A stretch of 59,831 bases of DNA, the filler included, from Dugesia japonica (Eukaryota), in the NCBI GenBank assembly GCA_001938525.1. It is 6 parts of 6 records of this genome, joined end to end, with 100 filler letters (N's around TTAATTAATTAA, not from the genome) between each part and the next. Parts side by side here need not be neighbours in the genome. Positions count along the whole stretch, not along the records: positions 9,325 to 19,683 come from MQRL01563115.1; positions 19,784 to 29,966 come from MQRL01584314.1; 4 more parts are not named here. One strand, written 5' to 3'. Positions within the stretch are counted from its first letter, which is position 1, and each line of letters opens with the position of its first letter. Position numbers and translations under genes: made by a program. The notes beneath the pieces were generated by a model. The model saw only the letters and a list, made by a program, of their open reading frames with translations, was not told the DNA's origin and did no database searches. Below, piece by piece: positions 11,411 to 24,505 of the stretch.

Positions 11411-14400
11411 ATGGAAAACCAATAAAACGAAATAGTACCTCTGATAAAATATCGATAGTAAATAAAGATATAATTTCATGTTGCAACTTGTTTACTTCAA
11501 AAAATTCCAAAAAAGATGTATTTTTAAAAGAAGATTCAATAAACATTCATGAAGATAAGTCATTATTTTCTAATTGTCGTGAATTAGATGTGAATGACAA
11601 CACAAATGATTCATTTATGGATATTACAGAAATTGATGAATTTAAATCGTCAGATTACCAATCTTATATGGACGTATTTAATGTTAATCAAGGTAATAAA
11701 GTTCTTCCAACATCTTTGTATAATAATTTGGGTAATTGTGATGGGATACTTGATGCTCATCACTACGATCGAATGGTTAAAAAACAAGAAAGGATGATTA
11801 AAAATCGTCAGGCAGCTAGTCTAAGTCGACAAAGGAAAAAAGAAGTATTAAACTAATTTAGTGAAATTTAAATTTAGGTTTCTCAGTATGTTGAAAGATT
11901 AGAACATAAAGTTGAACAACAAAAGCAAGAAAATCATTTCATACAAAATCAAATTAATGACATCCGTGAACGCTTTTCTGCTTTAGAACAAGAAAATCAA
12001 TTATTGAAAAGAGATATTCAAACGTGGAGAGAACGTTATTATGATTTAGAAAGGCAAAAAATCAAACAAGGAATTATCAATACTAATAAATATACAGTTA
12101 AAAGTAAATATTAATTTATATAATATTATATTTATAAAATATTAAAATTCTCAAATTTATTTAGGATTAGTAGATAATTTTCTTTTGCTGGTTTTCAATT
12201 TTCCTTTGCAGTTTTCTTTGATTTTAAAAATATGATTTTTAAATATCTTTATTAATCTTTGGAATTAATGAAATTTGTAGTTTTTTCAATAAGATAAAAA
12301 AATCAAAAATTATAAATGTAGCCATAGTAAAATAGTGAAATGAATGCTTTTTTGTTTATAAGGCCTCACATTTATTACACAAAAGTCTTCGGTAAAAAAA
12401 CTTTACTATTCACAATGCTAAATAAAGACGTGATGAAAAATCATCGATAATTTTCTGTCGATAATGATGCAAACANNAATAATTTAAGAGTACATTTGCC
12501 AGTAATCAACAATAATAAAATAAAGTGAAAATACAGTTGACACGCCCAATACAAAATGCTCTGATATTGCATTAACATCAATGTTTTTTCCTATTAATTG
12601 GTTCTCGACTGTTAGGTAAATCGTGGGAGATAAGACTAAGAACACTAGTTATTTAAGATATAATTTATTCACAATTCAAAGAATTTTTTAAAATAAAATA
12701 GCAATTTTCTCATTGAAATTATTTTAATCAATTTTTATTGGTTAATTTTTTTTGCAATTAATTCAAGTTTCAATAAAAAATTTTAACAATCAATTTTTCA
12801 TTGTTACTTTTTCTTTATATCAATAATAAAATCAATTATTTTAAGAATAAATAACACCATAAAACTATTAGATATTTCGACGTATCAACCGCTGTCATTA
12901 GACAAAATGAAAAAAAAAGAGATTATTCAGTCTGTATTTTTCACGAAGATTTAAGCAATTATACTGAATATAAGATGGCTATAATCAAAATTCTCAATTT
13001 TTTAATTTATAAAATAAAATTTTTAAAACCTACATAAAATCAAAAAAACAAAAAAAAATTTTCAAATATTTTTAAAAATTGTTAATTAAAAATGCATTGA
13101 AATTTTAAAAAATCTATAAAACAATTATCAAATTTATTTTATTAAAAAATTACGAACTTAAAAAAATTAAAAACCTATAAAATTTCAAATTTTTAAAAAT
13201 ATTTTTAAATCTAAAAATTTTTTTTTAATTTAGTCAAAAAAGTTGTCTGTACATTAATGCTTGGATTATGAATTTTAATCATTAACACTCAATAATTTTT
13301 AAACTGCTTAGACAAAATTTTAAAATTTGAAATTTCAACATTCGCATTACATTTATTGATATTTTTATGCTCGACAATATTACCACCAAAACGATTGTTT
13401 TTGAACCCTTGTACAGAGATGACGAGCAGTCTCCAATGTATGTGGAGACACATATGTTTTCATTTAAATTGATAAACAAGGTTTGGAACACAAACCAATT
13501 GGTGTATGGGATTTATTAACAAATCTATTAGCATTTCTATTTGATATAGATGTTGGGGTTCCACTTGAATTGTGGGTAGAAAAATATGGCTGGGGGAAAA
13601 GACAGTTCTCAGGGGACCCCTCGAAGAATTTTTTATAGATATTCTACACCCGTAAGTTATGAATCAATTCTAATTCTATGCACAATAACAGTTCAATATC
13701 TGTAGAATTGAAAAGGAGTTTATTGCAATCGTTTAATGGTAGAATAATTAATAACATGAACAGTTGGATTTATAATTCGCATCGCGGGAATACTTTGGAT
13801 TTTAACATTAAAATAGATTTATCCATGATTCGAACATCGAACGAAATTATTGATGATTAATCTGCAGATTTAGGTTTATAATTTTTATGATAACAGAAAA
13901 AATATTGTTCGAAGTATTTATTCAATTAAATATTTCGTATGCACAACGAACAAATAAACACTACTTACTGATTTTAATTGATGATTCTACAAACAGGGAT
14001 AACCAGAGAATTTCCAATTGTTTCCAAAATTGGCGAGTAGTTTTCGATTATGAATTACTGTTATGAATTAATATATGTTGTGGAATCCTTCTCTTGTTGT
14101 TTCTCAAAATGATTATACAAAATTTTGTAATAAATATGTAGATTCTCGAATTCAAAAATAGAGTTTTTTGTGTTTTTCAACCAAAATAAGGGGAGTTTTT
14201 TACATTTTTTCGTCACACCCCGACTTGATTTTGACTTGCTCGTATTTTTAGAATCTCCTTTAAGGCTCGCTATTGGTGCCTTCTTCCAAATTTTAGATTT
14301 TTCTACAAGTTTTTTACATTCCATTTGTTCCTATTTTTAGAGCACCAGCTGACTTTCTTTTATTTGTTTTCAATATTTTTCCTGCCTTGTTATTGGTCCA

Positions 14401-17400
14401 ACCTTTTACCCTTTCCGGACCTTTCCGATACAGATAACACTTTCTTGTTGCGAAAATCACTTCCCTTTCTGAATTTTCTTTCCCGGAACTCCTCTAGTTT
14501 TCCTGAGCCGAGATATCCCCTTTTAACCGATTTTCTCGTAATTAATTCTCTTTTTCTGCCAAAATTAATTAATTTATTTCCATAATTTTCCACTTAATTC
14601 TTAAAATGTTTTTCTTATTTTTCCATCATAAAATCATATTTCTTTAATCAATTATTTAATCCTGTCTTTAATTATGGTGATAATTAACCGCTGATATAAT
14701 TTTATAATTTTTGGATCTTCTTTTAATCATTTATTTACCATTAATAATGGGTTACTATCTATTATTGATTGTTCTATCTTCCATGCTTTATTACGTCTTG
14801 ATAACCCCTATTTGGGGCCCTTGAACTTATTTTCTCGATGATCGGGAGTTTCACCCCAACATAGAAACAACTTTCAATAAAGGAAGATACTTAGCTACTT
14901 TCAGAATCGAATACTAAAACTTTTTAAAACATTCTGAATAAGGAATCGATAACATAAATGGCCCAACACAGTTTGTTTTTCTACATCACATAAAATTGTT
15001 TTAATCATTTGTTAATGAATCTCATACACCGATTGGTAGTAGAAAATTTTNAAGTTTTGGGTTTTTTAATTTTGATAATTAATATGCACTTATGTTGACA
15101 ATTCTAATTAAGTGCGTGTTGTTTATTTCTGTTTTAATAATAGTGTATTGAGAAATTCTGAAAGTTGGATAGTAAGATTTTTGCTATTGTTTTTTTAGCT
15201 TAATTTGAATAAGTGTATTCTGTAAATTTTTATAAAGTAGATAATTTTTATTTCAGAAAATCTTATTGTAACAAATTTGCAGTTTGTAAGAAAGAAAGAT
15301 TTAATGAAAATAATTCAGAAAATAACCTTGAAAAGTATACTAAAATGGTCAACAACTCATCCCAAACTAAAGACGACCCTGCAAAATGAAACTTGACCCC
15401 GAAACTCCAGAACAACGTAAAACATGTCTCCACCATGAGGCACAAAAACGTTTTGGATAACGCCAAAATGAAACAAAAAATGTTGTGGAACTGCAAGTTA
15501 AAAGACAAAAACATGCAGCGTGAACATTATCAGGCAACCAATGTGCCAAATTAGGCAGGTGGTTTGTGGTGAAATCAAAATCGGATATGAGGTCTGTTGG
15601 ACAACAGGAAAAAGGTACTGATGGCGAGCAAAATAAGATCTCTTGAGCAAGTCCTGTACAAACAAACAAATTAGACAAAAATGAGGTACCTACAAGCCGG
15701 GTTGTTAGTGGAAGCCTTTTTGGAGACGTCGTTTGCATGCCACATCGACGGCACGTATGTATACTTTTTAACATTTTTTATCTTTTCTTTTGTAAGAATA
15801 ATGATGAATAAATAAAATTAAATTCAAAAAATTCTGCAAATTTTTTTTTTCTACGCGCATTCTTTGTTTTAGTTTTTTCCCTTATGATTGATATAGAATA
15901 TGAATTTTTATCAATAAATATTTGACTTTTTTAACGGTTCACTGTACAATTTATTCTTCATGCTTACATCATAAACAAGGATGGGATGCAGAATTAAGTT
16001 CAACAAAGAAATTTTTACCATAAAGTTTTTATTATTTTATTGAAAAGTATTTACAATTTTCACGCATGGGCCCCATATAAGTTTGAAAATATGATTAGAT
16101 AATTAAAATTATCAGATTATTCGTATCATTACTATGCGATTCTTGAACTATGGTCACTTTGTATGACTTCCTGTTATACCGGTCGCTTGAGCACGTTTTT
16201 TAGAGACCTCTTTCGAGTCATACTTGCATCATAAACGAGAATGGGATGCAGAATTAAGTTCAAGGAAATTTTTATCGTAAAATTTTTATTTTATTGAAAA
16301 GTATTTCGAAAATTTAGGGTTATTAGGTAGGGTAATAATAATGATAATAATAATAATTTCTGGAAAAAATTCCTTTGTTAAAATTAATTCAGTAACCCAG
16401 CGGTATCAAAAATCGAAATTTCTCAACTGTATTTTTACAGATTTTAATGGTTTTTCTTTAAATTGATGGGTTTCTGCAAGATATACATTGCACTTGATTC
16501 ATTTCAGTTTTCTTTTAAATTAAAAAATGTCAAAAGTGACCCATAAAATCGAAACTGCGTAAATCTGAGAGTTTATAAAAATTCTTTGTGGGGTATTTGT
16601 CAAATTAAGACCTTCTATTTATCCATTTACATTACCAAGCTATTTTTTTTTCAAAGAAAATTAATGTTTCTATAATGGATTTTTTAAATTTTAGATGCAG
16701 ACATTAATAATAAAAGTAAAGCGCTAAAAGCTACTGCCGCTTCAACCACAATTTTAGGAATTTTTCTCATATTAACAATTAATTTCAATCCCTTCAATTC
16801 ATCCATTTCACTATTTTCCAAATCTCAAAATGATAAGAATATTCCAATTTATGAAAATAATTATCCAATTATTCCAAATTCTAATTCAGGAAAACAGTTT
16901 ATAGGTAAGTGACATTTATTGACAATCGATTATAATCCTAGTTTAGACGGTAATAGTAGAATAAGTAGAACGCTTTTTTCAATAATTGGCAATTCTACAG
17001 ATAGCGATTCTGAAAATTTAGGAAATCATATCTGCAATAACACAAGTGTATTAAATATAAGCGAAACTCTAAGGCTAACTAGAGAACTCAATAGATGGGG
17101 TTCACGTTTTAAAGCAGAATCAGTTAGAATTTATGATCGTTTACAAAATGAAAAAATTAAATCTCAGATTTTAAATAAAGAAATTGAGTCAATGTATAAA
17201 AAGTCGAAATTTCGAGATGTAAAGAAAATAAAAAGAAATCGGGATAACAAAATCGGACAATTGGAAATTTATCCAAGAAATAATGATTACAAATTTTTTG
17301 ACAATTTCATTAATGATATTGATCGAAAACCCGATACATTGTATTTTGTTACATTTCATTCGGATAATTTTATTTTTCCAGCGAGTAATGTAAATAAAAA

Positions 17401-17584
17401 TCTGTCTACTCCTAAAATAACGTTATTTTTGCCCGCTGATATCAATCAAAAAGGTAAAATTGAAAATAATTTTAGATATTTTTGAATTATATATTAAGAT
17501 AAAAATTATTACAAAATGATGAAAATAGACTGTCAAGTTCAAAATTTTACGATAGTCAATTTAAAAAGTATAAAATTGCCGTAA
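11411..17584 (+). CDS. ATF6: Activating transcription factor 6 (ER-membrane bZIP), multi-exon; 5' end unresolved
   Basis: bZIP KKQERMIKNRQAASLSRQRKKE|YVERLE. Phase-compatible GT-AG introns at 11845-11886, 12104-16694, 16905-16946 and 17454-17498. TM segment TILGIFLILTINFNP (NxxP) and S1P-like RTLF. Luminal motifs NISETLRLTRELNRW, DRKPDTLYFVTF...PKITLFLPA and MMKIDCQV are as in ATF6. Confidence 0.9.
15960..16307 (+). repeat. Pair of about 90-bp direct repeats within the large ATF6 intron
   Basis: catcataaac..g.atgggatgcagaattaagttcaa...ttttattgaaaagtattt at about 15960-16052 and 16220-16307. Confidence 0.75.
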
Positions 17585-18109
17585 TTTGATAATGAAAATT
17601 TAAATTTGTTTAACGAATATCCTTTTGTTTATAATTTTATTGTTATTAACTGAAATGAGGTGATACGTAATTATATTAATGTTATACTTTTATTGTTTTT
17701 ATTATGTCTATCGCTTTTCCATTGCAATAAAATTTGTACTTAAATAAACTATTTTCTACTATTCATGATGTTATAATTTTTAGTTTTAAAGTAATTAATA
17801 AAGTTTTTTTAACAGCTGAGATTAATATTAAATAAATATGAATATCTCAAATAACAGTGAAAATATATTGGTGTAATATGTTAACTAATACAATGTTTGC
17901 AAAAGTTATCAAAATAATAAAGTACAATCCAAAAAATTTACAATTCAATCTGAATCACAATTGTCGTATGTACTAGATATGATTTAATATCACTCAAATT
18001 GTAACCAAATCAAATTTCTGAACATTAAAAGTAGCCTATATAAACAAAATAATGCTTAAAAATAAAATAAGAATGCTTATACTACCCTTTTAAGAATTTT
18101 TAGGTTTCA

Positions 18110-19260
18110 ATATGTTTTTCCTCAATCACCAAACCATATCGCTGATTATGTTTTTTATCTATGGTCCATTGAATTTTTCTTACTATTTCCCTAGAAAAAG
18201 TTTTACTTTCACTAGAACCTCATTTCCCACATCTAAATGTCTCATCTTTATTCTTTGCCTTGTTACACTAGCAATATGCACAATATTTGATAGAATTTGC
18301 ATTATTTTTTTTCATTATAGCAAATTTTTTCTAGTGCCACAATAAATCTGCAATCTCCAAAGATTCGTTCCTTACAAAACGATGAATTGTCTTTACTAAT
18401 TTCATACGATACAATTTCCTTGGATAAATAGCATTTTGTTTGGTTAATACAATTTGATGAGCTGTTAGTACTGATGAATCTAATCGAACTTTTCTAATCA
18501 TTAATTTTGCATCCTATACTTTATATTATGGTTAATCAATTTTTGTTTCCAAAAACATTTTGCAGTTTGCTCTTTTCAATCGAATGTTAGCATTAACACC
18601 TAGAATATGATATTTCGGTTGATCTGTTGGGTATTTCTACTCAACAAGTTATTTCATGGTTCGTTAACTTAATCACAGAGAAAATGGATAAAGTAACTGT
18701 AATTTATAAACCATTAACCTCTATTGGTTATTTAACTGAAATTGAAAATCGCGTTTAAGATATATTAGACAAACCAGGAAATGGGCATATTTTGACATTT
18801 TTACACACTGAAGAAAAGGTTATGTCTTGTTTTAATAGATTAAAATTTTTAGACAAGGTCAAAGTTCTACCGTTTTATTCTAATATGGATTTGATATTTT
18901 TATTCGAACTAGTCTTTTTTCTCTCTACTCCTGATTCATTATGACTTTGGTTATTTGATGTTTGTACTGTTGCTCTTGTTCCCTGATTTGCTCCTCCAAT
19001 CGATTCAATTTCTCGAAATGTTGTTGTTTCTGACTAGCCATTTCCTTCTCTAGGATTTGAATGCCATCATCTCTCTGGTTTATTCTATCTTATATCGTCC
19101 ACCATTGCTCTGTATCGGTACCTTTCAGCCCTAGTGCGTCCTATGAATTCGGCATGTCATTTGCTGCATTGACCCAGAACCTCCAACCGTCGTTGCTCAA
19201 ACTCGCTTCGGCTTCTTTTAGCTTGATCGGACGTGACATCTGCATAACAAAATTTAGATC
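18110..19260 (-). mobile_element. Highly decayed LTR-retrotransposon remnant
   Basis: Minus-strand LDVGNEVLVKV...KFNGP resembles an integrase C-terminal GPY/F module. Other pol-like scraps have many stops. Confidence 0.35.
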
Positions 19261-19783
19261 ATGATTATCAAATTAGTGAATTTTAGTTTTCAACTCAAAA
19301 GCGTGATAGTTAATAAAAATCTTTTCTAGTTATAAAAGAATCCTTACTATCGGGGTGGTTAATTCTTGAGCAGGTACGGGATCACTCATCATACTTGACC
19401 GAACCGAGAGTATATAACCGTATTAACAGTTTAACAGTTTGATATCGTGAAGCAAAATCGTTAATTTTCATTTTTATTTAGTCGCTCTAATTCACTATAG
19501 GCTCGTTCGCCATCATGAATGATCCTCCTGCTGTTTCCCGTCTATTTCACATGGCATCCTTTCTACCAAATAAACAGCTAATATTAATTCTAATACCTAA
19601 GATAATGTCAATGAGAATTTATTATCAATTAAAATTTTATAATATATAAAACAATAATAATCATGAATAATCAAAACAAAATANNNNNNNNNNNNNNNNN
19701 NNNNNNNNNNNNNNNNNNNNNNNNNNNTTAATTAATTAANNNNNNNNNNNNNNNNNNNNNNNNNNNNNNNNNNNNNNNNNNNN

Positions 19784-19942
19784 ACCCTTATGCCAGTAAA
19801 TGTTTTTAAATTTAGACTTGAATAACTTTGATTTCAATAATTGACATACAAACAAAGGTTTCCCGCTACCGCTATGTCCGACAATTTGACAGACTGCATC
19901 ATTTCTTAATCTCTCCATCGTGTTTTTCTTTAATTTACTCAT
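19784..19942 (-). CDS. A32/FtsK-like DNA packaging ATPase, N-terminus (runs into gap)
   Basis: CQIVGHSGSGKPLFVCQLL Walker A-like motif followed by F.nIyW. Starts just inside terminal repeat A. Confidence 0.75.
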
Positions 19943-19974
19943 AATTTAGTATATTGTTTATAATTAAAAGTAAA

Positions 19975-21269
19975 AAAAACATAAAAATTCATGTGACTAT
20001 GAATTTTTATAAATGAATGCAATAGGCATGCAACTCATATGCAACTCAGATGCAACACACATACTAAAAATCACATGCCTGGAAATAATTTATTAATAAA
20101 TGCAATAGGCATGCAACTCAATTGCAACACATATACAGTGAAAATTACGCGCTTATAAATTTTAGACTGTCAATCTAATGTAAAATATAGAGACTCCCCT
20201 CGTCCCCTGCAAAATAAATTAATTTAATTAAATTAAATTTAATTTAATTAAATTGAATTATATTAAAAAGATTTCCTCCCGATTAAAATGAAAAAACGTT
20301 AAATTTTCTTTTAAAAAATATTATTTTTAAATTTCCCACCAAAAAGATTTTTTTTTGAATTTCCTACCAAAAAATAACAAGACTCCCCTCTTCCCCGTTC
20401 GAAAAATATGAAAATCCACCCTTCCCAGTCAAAAAATACTCAAAAATACATCATTTTTACAAGAAGAACATTACTTTCATATAATTCATCAATTTAAGCA
20501 AAATACAACATTTTAAACAAAAATAAAGATTTCAAACCCATATGACGTCACACCCACCAGTCAGAAAAATTACAAATAAATATCCAAAATTCCGATAATT
20601 AATTGTCTTTCTACACATACCACTCTTCCCCGCCCAAAGATTTTTTTAAAACTTTTATACTACTTACAAATATCAACAAATCAAATAGTAGCCCTTAAAT
20701 TAAAAAATCAAAGCACATTTGACATAAAAAATCTTTTCCATCACAATACCTCTCCAACAAACTATCAACCAACAAATTCCAACAAACATATACAAACCTA
20801 CAGCCTTCCTAAGAAACGACCCACGATAACTCATAAGATTGGGCTAATGCGCTACCATAGTTGTAGGACAAACCATCCATCCAATCTCATAAGTCCTTTA
20901 GACAATATATANNNNNNNNNNNNNNNNNNNNNNNNNNNNNNNNNNNNNNNNNNAAAAAAATTATTTCCAAGATCTCCAACTCCTCCTCCTCCTTTTTTTC
21001 ACTCTTTCACACACACACACACACACAACCACACACACTAACTCAACTTGACCTACTTTATAAAAACCACCTTAACAACCCAAACATACACAAATTTTAA
21101 AATTTAAAAATACACACACAAACCTCCAGGATCAAAAAAAATTTGATCCGATCAAAAACTTATTGATCACAAAAATCTTAGATAAAAAACCAACATAAAA
21201 ATCATAGTTAAAAAAACTTAGCCCAAGCGCAAAAATGAAAGTGGGCTAGTGCGCTACTATCCCCCTACT
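19975..21269 (-). repeat. Long Polinton-type terminal repeat (right end, family A)
   Basis: Ends in GTGCGCTACTATCCCCCTACT (reverse complement AGTAGGGGGATAGTAGCGCAC); inverted homolog of 3463-5230. Confidence 0.85.
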
Positions 21270-21861
21270 CATTACCATTAATCAATATATAAATATTATT
21301 TTATTTGTATTTTTGTTTTAATTTATATAATCTCATAATTTTAATAATATAAATTTGCTGGCGATTTTCCCTATAATAACAATGAAAATACACGATTAAG
21401 ATATTATAATTAATTTAATATTCTTATACCTTTCTAATACATTACTTTCATTCATATTTTCATCATTTTAATATATTATTACTTTTATATTATTCATATA
21501 TTATAAATAAAATATATAATACATGGTTCTCATTATCTTTTCTTTTCGTTCATTTTCTGCTTCTTTAATTCCAATCATCTTGTATTTATTATTAATTGAT
21601 TTTTCAAATTATTTACCTCTTTTGCTGTTACTAATTTCATCGGGTTTATTTACTTTCTTACTTGTGATTATTATAACTTCTGATTTTCCTTTATTTTCCT
21701 TTTAATATTTATTTCTTTTAATTATGTAATTGTATTTCACCAGTTGTTTCAATCATTTCTCTTCTCAAATAATCGATTCTATTTCTTGTCATTATTTCGA
21801 GACAGCTCATATTTCCTACTACTATATTTTCTTTTCTTTCATCTCGTTCTAGCCCAACAAA

Positions 21862-22172
21862 ANTATTAAAATATTTAGATATGTATTTTATTAATATTAA
21901 AATTTTACAATATTAAAACTCTAATTTTTTTTACTAATTTTCTTTATTAAATTTTTTTAGTTATTTTAATTATAAAGAATCTTTAAAAAATGTTTATTTA
22001 TTGAAAGAAAAATTTTAACTTTTGTAATTATTGAAAATCACGTTAATCTCAGGTTTATCCTCTTTAATTAATATTTGCCTATGTTTTTATGTGAAGTGTA
22101 GAAATGTAGCCAGTTCCTAATGTTTTCCATGTAATATGATGATTTTCTGGTAAAACTTTATGTTTGTTTTGA
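21862..22172 (+). repeat. Dispersed copy of 6960-7390
   Basis: Shared tattaaaa..tttagatatgtattttattaatattaaaattttac and tctcaggttt.tcctctttaattaatatttg...gtgaagtgtagaaatgtagcc.gttcctaatgttttcca. Confidence 0.8.
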
Positions 22173-22469
22173 AAGTGTTTGAAGACTTCACTTTCTTTCT
22201 GTTGAGAAATAGACGGTTTGGTGCGACGAATCATATTTCAATATTTTTCAGTCATCACAAAAATAAGTGACACATGATAACTAACTGTGTTGTATAGATC
22301 GTTTATAAAACTGCTATTTTGAAAATAACTTGTCGTTATTCTTATTTTAATAATTTTTATAAATTATCATTGAATTTTTAAAACCGTTTTTATAAAAACT
22401 CGTATTATTTCGTTTGACATTATTATGAATATTTTAAAATTAATTTCTCATAAATTAATATTATTTTTT

Positions 22470-23130
22470 TACATCAACACAGATAACATTATGAATTTCA
22501 TCACATGACACTTTCGTCCAAATAGTCGAATTGGATTGAGAGATCACGGCGCAATTGGCATTACTTACTTCAGGAATCGTAGTGTTTCCTTTAGCCCATG
22601 TTCTAATAAATTACCAATTTAGCAATCACTAATAATTTATTAATACTCGTAAATTAATCGCTTTGAATCATTATATTGCCATTGACCTGGAAACCATCGA
22701 CTGTTGGCATCTAACCAATACTTTTCATTTCCTTCAGGAAGATTTTTAAATACTTTATTCTGAAATCCAATTTAAAAAATATATTTAGAAAACAAAAAAA
22801 TGTAAACATTCATAATCTCATTAGAAATAATAAGAAGCGTCGAATCTTTTGCCAGACAGATATTAATTGCAGTATTCTGATTTACTTGGTCAGGTAAGGT
22901 AACCATTTGATCGACATTGAAATAAACTTACATAAATTAACACAAATAAAATTCAAAATGTTTCAATATCTAACTTGATTCTTTTTCCTTGATAATGATA
23001 CAAATCACATGCAGGTTTATATAACAATCAGTGTAGTCCCAAAATTCGTTTTCAGATTTACCTCCAATTGCACACCGAGATTTACGGATGTATGTTTCTG
23101 TGCCATTTTTCCATTTGCTTTTTGACATAT
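22470..23130 (-). CDS. C-type lectin domain-containing gene (at least two CTLDs, short introns; boundaries uncertain)
   Basis: Spliced reading AINICLAKDSTLLIISNEIMN|NKVFKNLPEGNEKYWLDANSRWFPGQWQYNDSKRLIYE|TWAKG...NANCAVISQSNSTIWTKVSCDEIHNVIC. An upstream exon reads SRCAIGGKSENEFWDYTDCYINLHVIC. Introns are about 44-48 bp GT-AG. Confidence 0.7.
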
Positions 23131-23499
23131 ATAATACATATAATGTATAATTCTTATAATTGACATATGCACATAAATAAATATCTTCATAAATAAATAT
23201 TATACGAATAAATAATACTATGTTACATTTATCAATAATACTATTATTGATACATCAAATGATCAGATTTCATAATCCGAGCATAAACTAATCTTTTGAC
23301 GTTTTTTCAAACTAAGTTTTAATTTTATTCAAATAACTAAATATTCAGTTTTTTAAAAGTATTTGGGTAAAAGAAACATTTGTGAAAATTTATCAATAAT
23401 CAGATTAAATTTAGAACAATACTGTTTGAATGGAATCTTGATTTTATAATGCAAATCTTTCAGAGACTTTTTTTACACTTCCTAATACTTGTTTTTTGT

Positions 23500-23620
23500 A
23501 GTGCATATCAAATACAAGTGCCACTAATCGTTACAAATGGTAGCACGAAGAATCAAGGTCTGGTAAGTACGGAGAATGTTTTTATCCTTCACAGTCAAGG
23601 TTTTTATCAAATCATTCCGT
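23500..23620 (-). mobile_element. Mariner transposase scrap
   Basis: HSPYLPDLDSSCYHL resembles HPPYSPDLAPSDYHL. Confidence 0.5.
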
Positions 23621-24505
23621 AACATTCTAGGTATCGAGGATAAATTACAATGTTTCTTTTGTTTTGTGGACTCCCTGATAAAAAATGTGTAATTAAAACA
23701 ACATAAATTTTATGAAAATCAATTTAAATATTTTAATTATAATAAAATTATACTTTCCATAAAAATTCTTAATTAATAAACCAAAACATTAATGTGCTTT
23801 TCATTGTCGAATACGTTTTTAATAATAAATTCATTCTAAGCTTAATTGAGGTCAAAAGAGCTAAGTCGATTTCTGTATAAACAATTTCTACATAAATAAG
23901 TTGATGAGAACTGAACTAAGAGTCACAATGTTTTAGACATTAATACAGGTTATTCAAATTCTTTGATAATGTAAAATTCTCTAAGTTTTTTAGCTTTAAA
24001 TAATGTCTTCACATTGCTATACCTTCATTCATAGTTCATGACAGTTCATTCAAGTTTAGCATCACTCGTAAAGGAAAGCTTATTAATTGAGGGATTTAAA
24101 ATCCATAAACTATTTCAAACTGAAAATTTTACACTTTCAATTATTTAACAGTCTCGACTCATTCACAATCATTTTGCGAAAAAACTATATCCTATTTGCT
24201 ACCTCAGAGAAGAATTGTTTATATGAGTAAGAATTTTCTTGATTCCAAACAAGAAAATTAGCGTTTTCAAAGATAGTCTTTGTTTCATTAATTTATAGTT
24301 GATGTTTTCCATGATAAAATTAAAAGTAATATAACTCGATATTAATAATTAAATGAAAACAAATTTATGTTACAGAAAAAAATTTAAAATATCATGTGCA
24401 AATTTAAAAGTTTCTAAAGTCAGGGATCCTAAGTGGTCTAGGAATCCCTTATTGAAGAACATTGATTTAGCATTTGTTAAACTAGTTTTGAAGTAGATAA
24501 CGGTA

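Noticed and set aside
9325-11436. Apparent tandem duplication of a mariner plus flank
   Set aside because: Near-identical copies on either side of an N-gap; most likely uncollapsed haplotypes.
13280-15790. ORFs inside the large ATF6 intron
   Set aside because: Short, broken and without diagnostic motifs; probably old repeat debris that I could not assign to a family.
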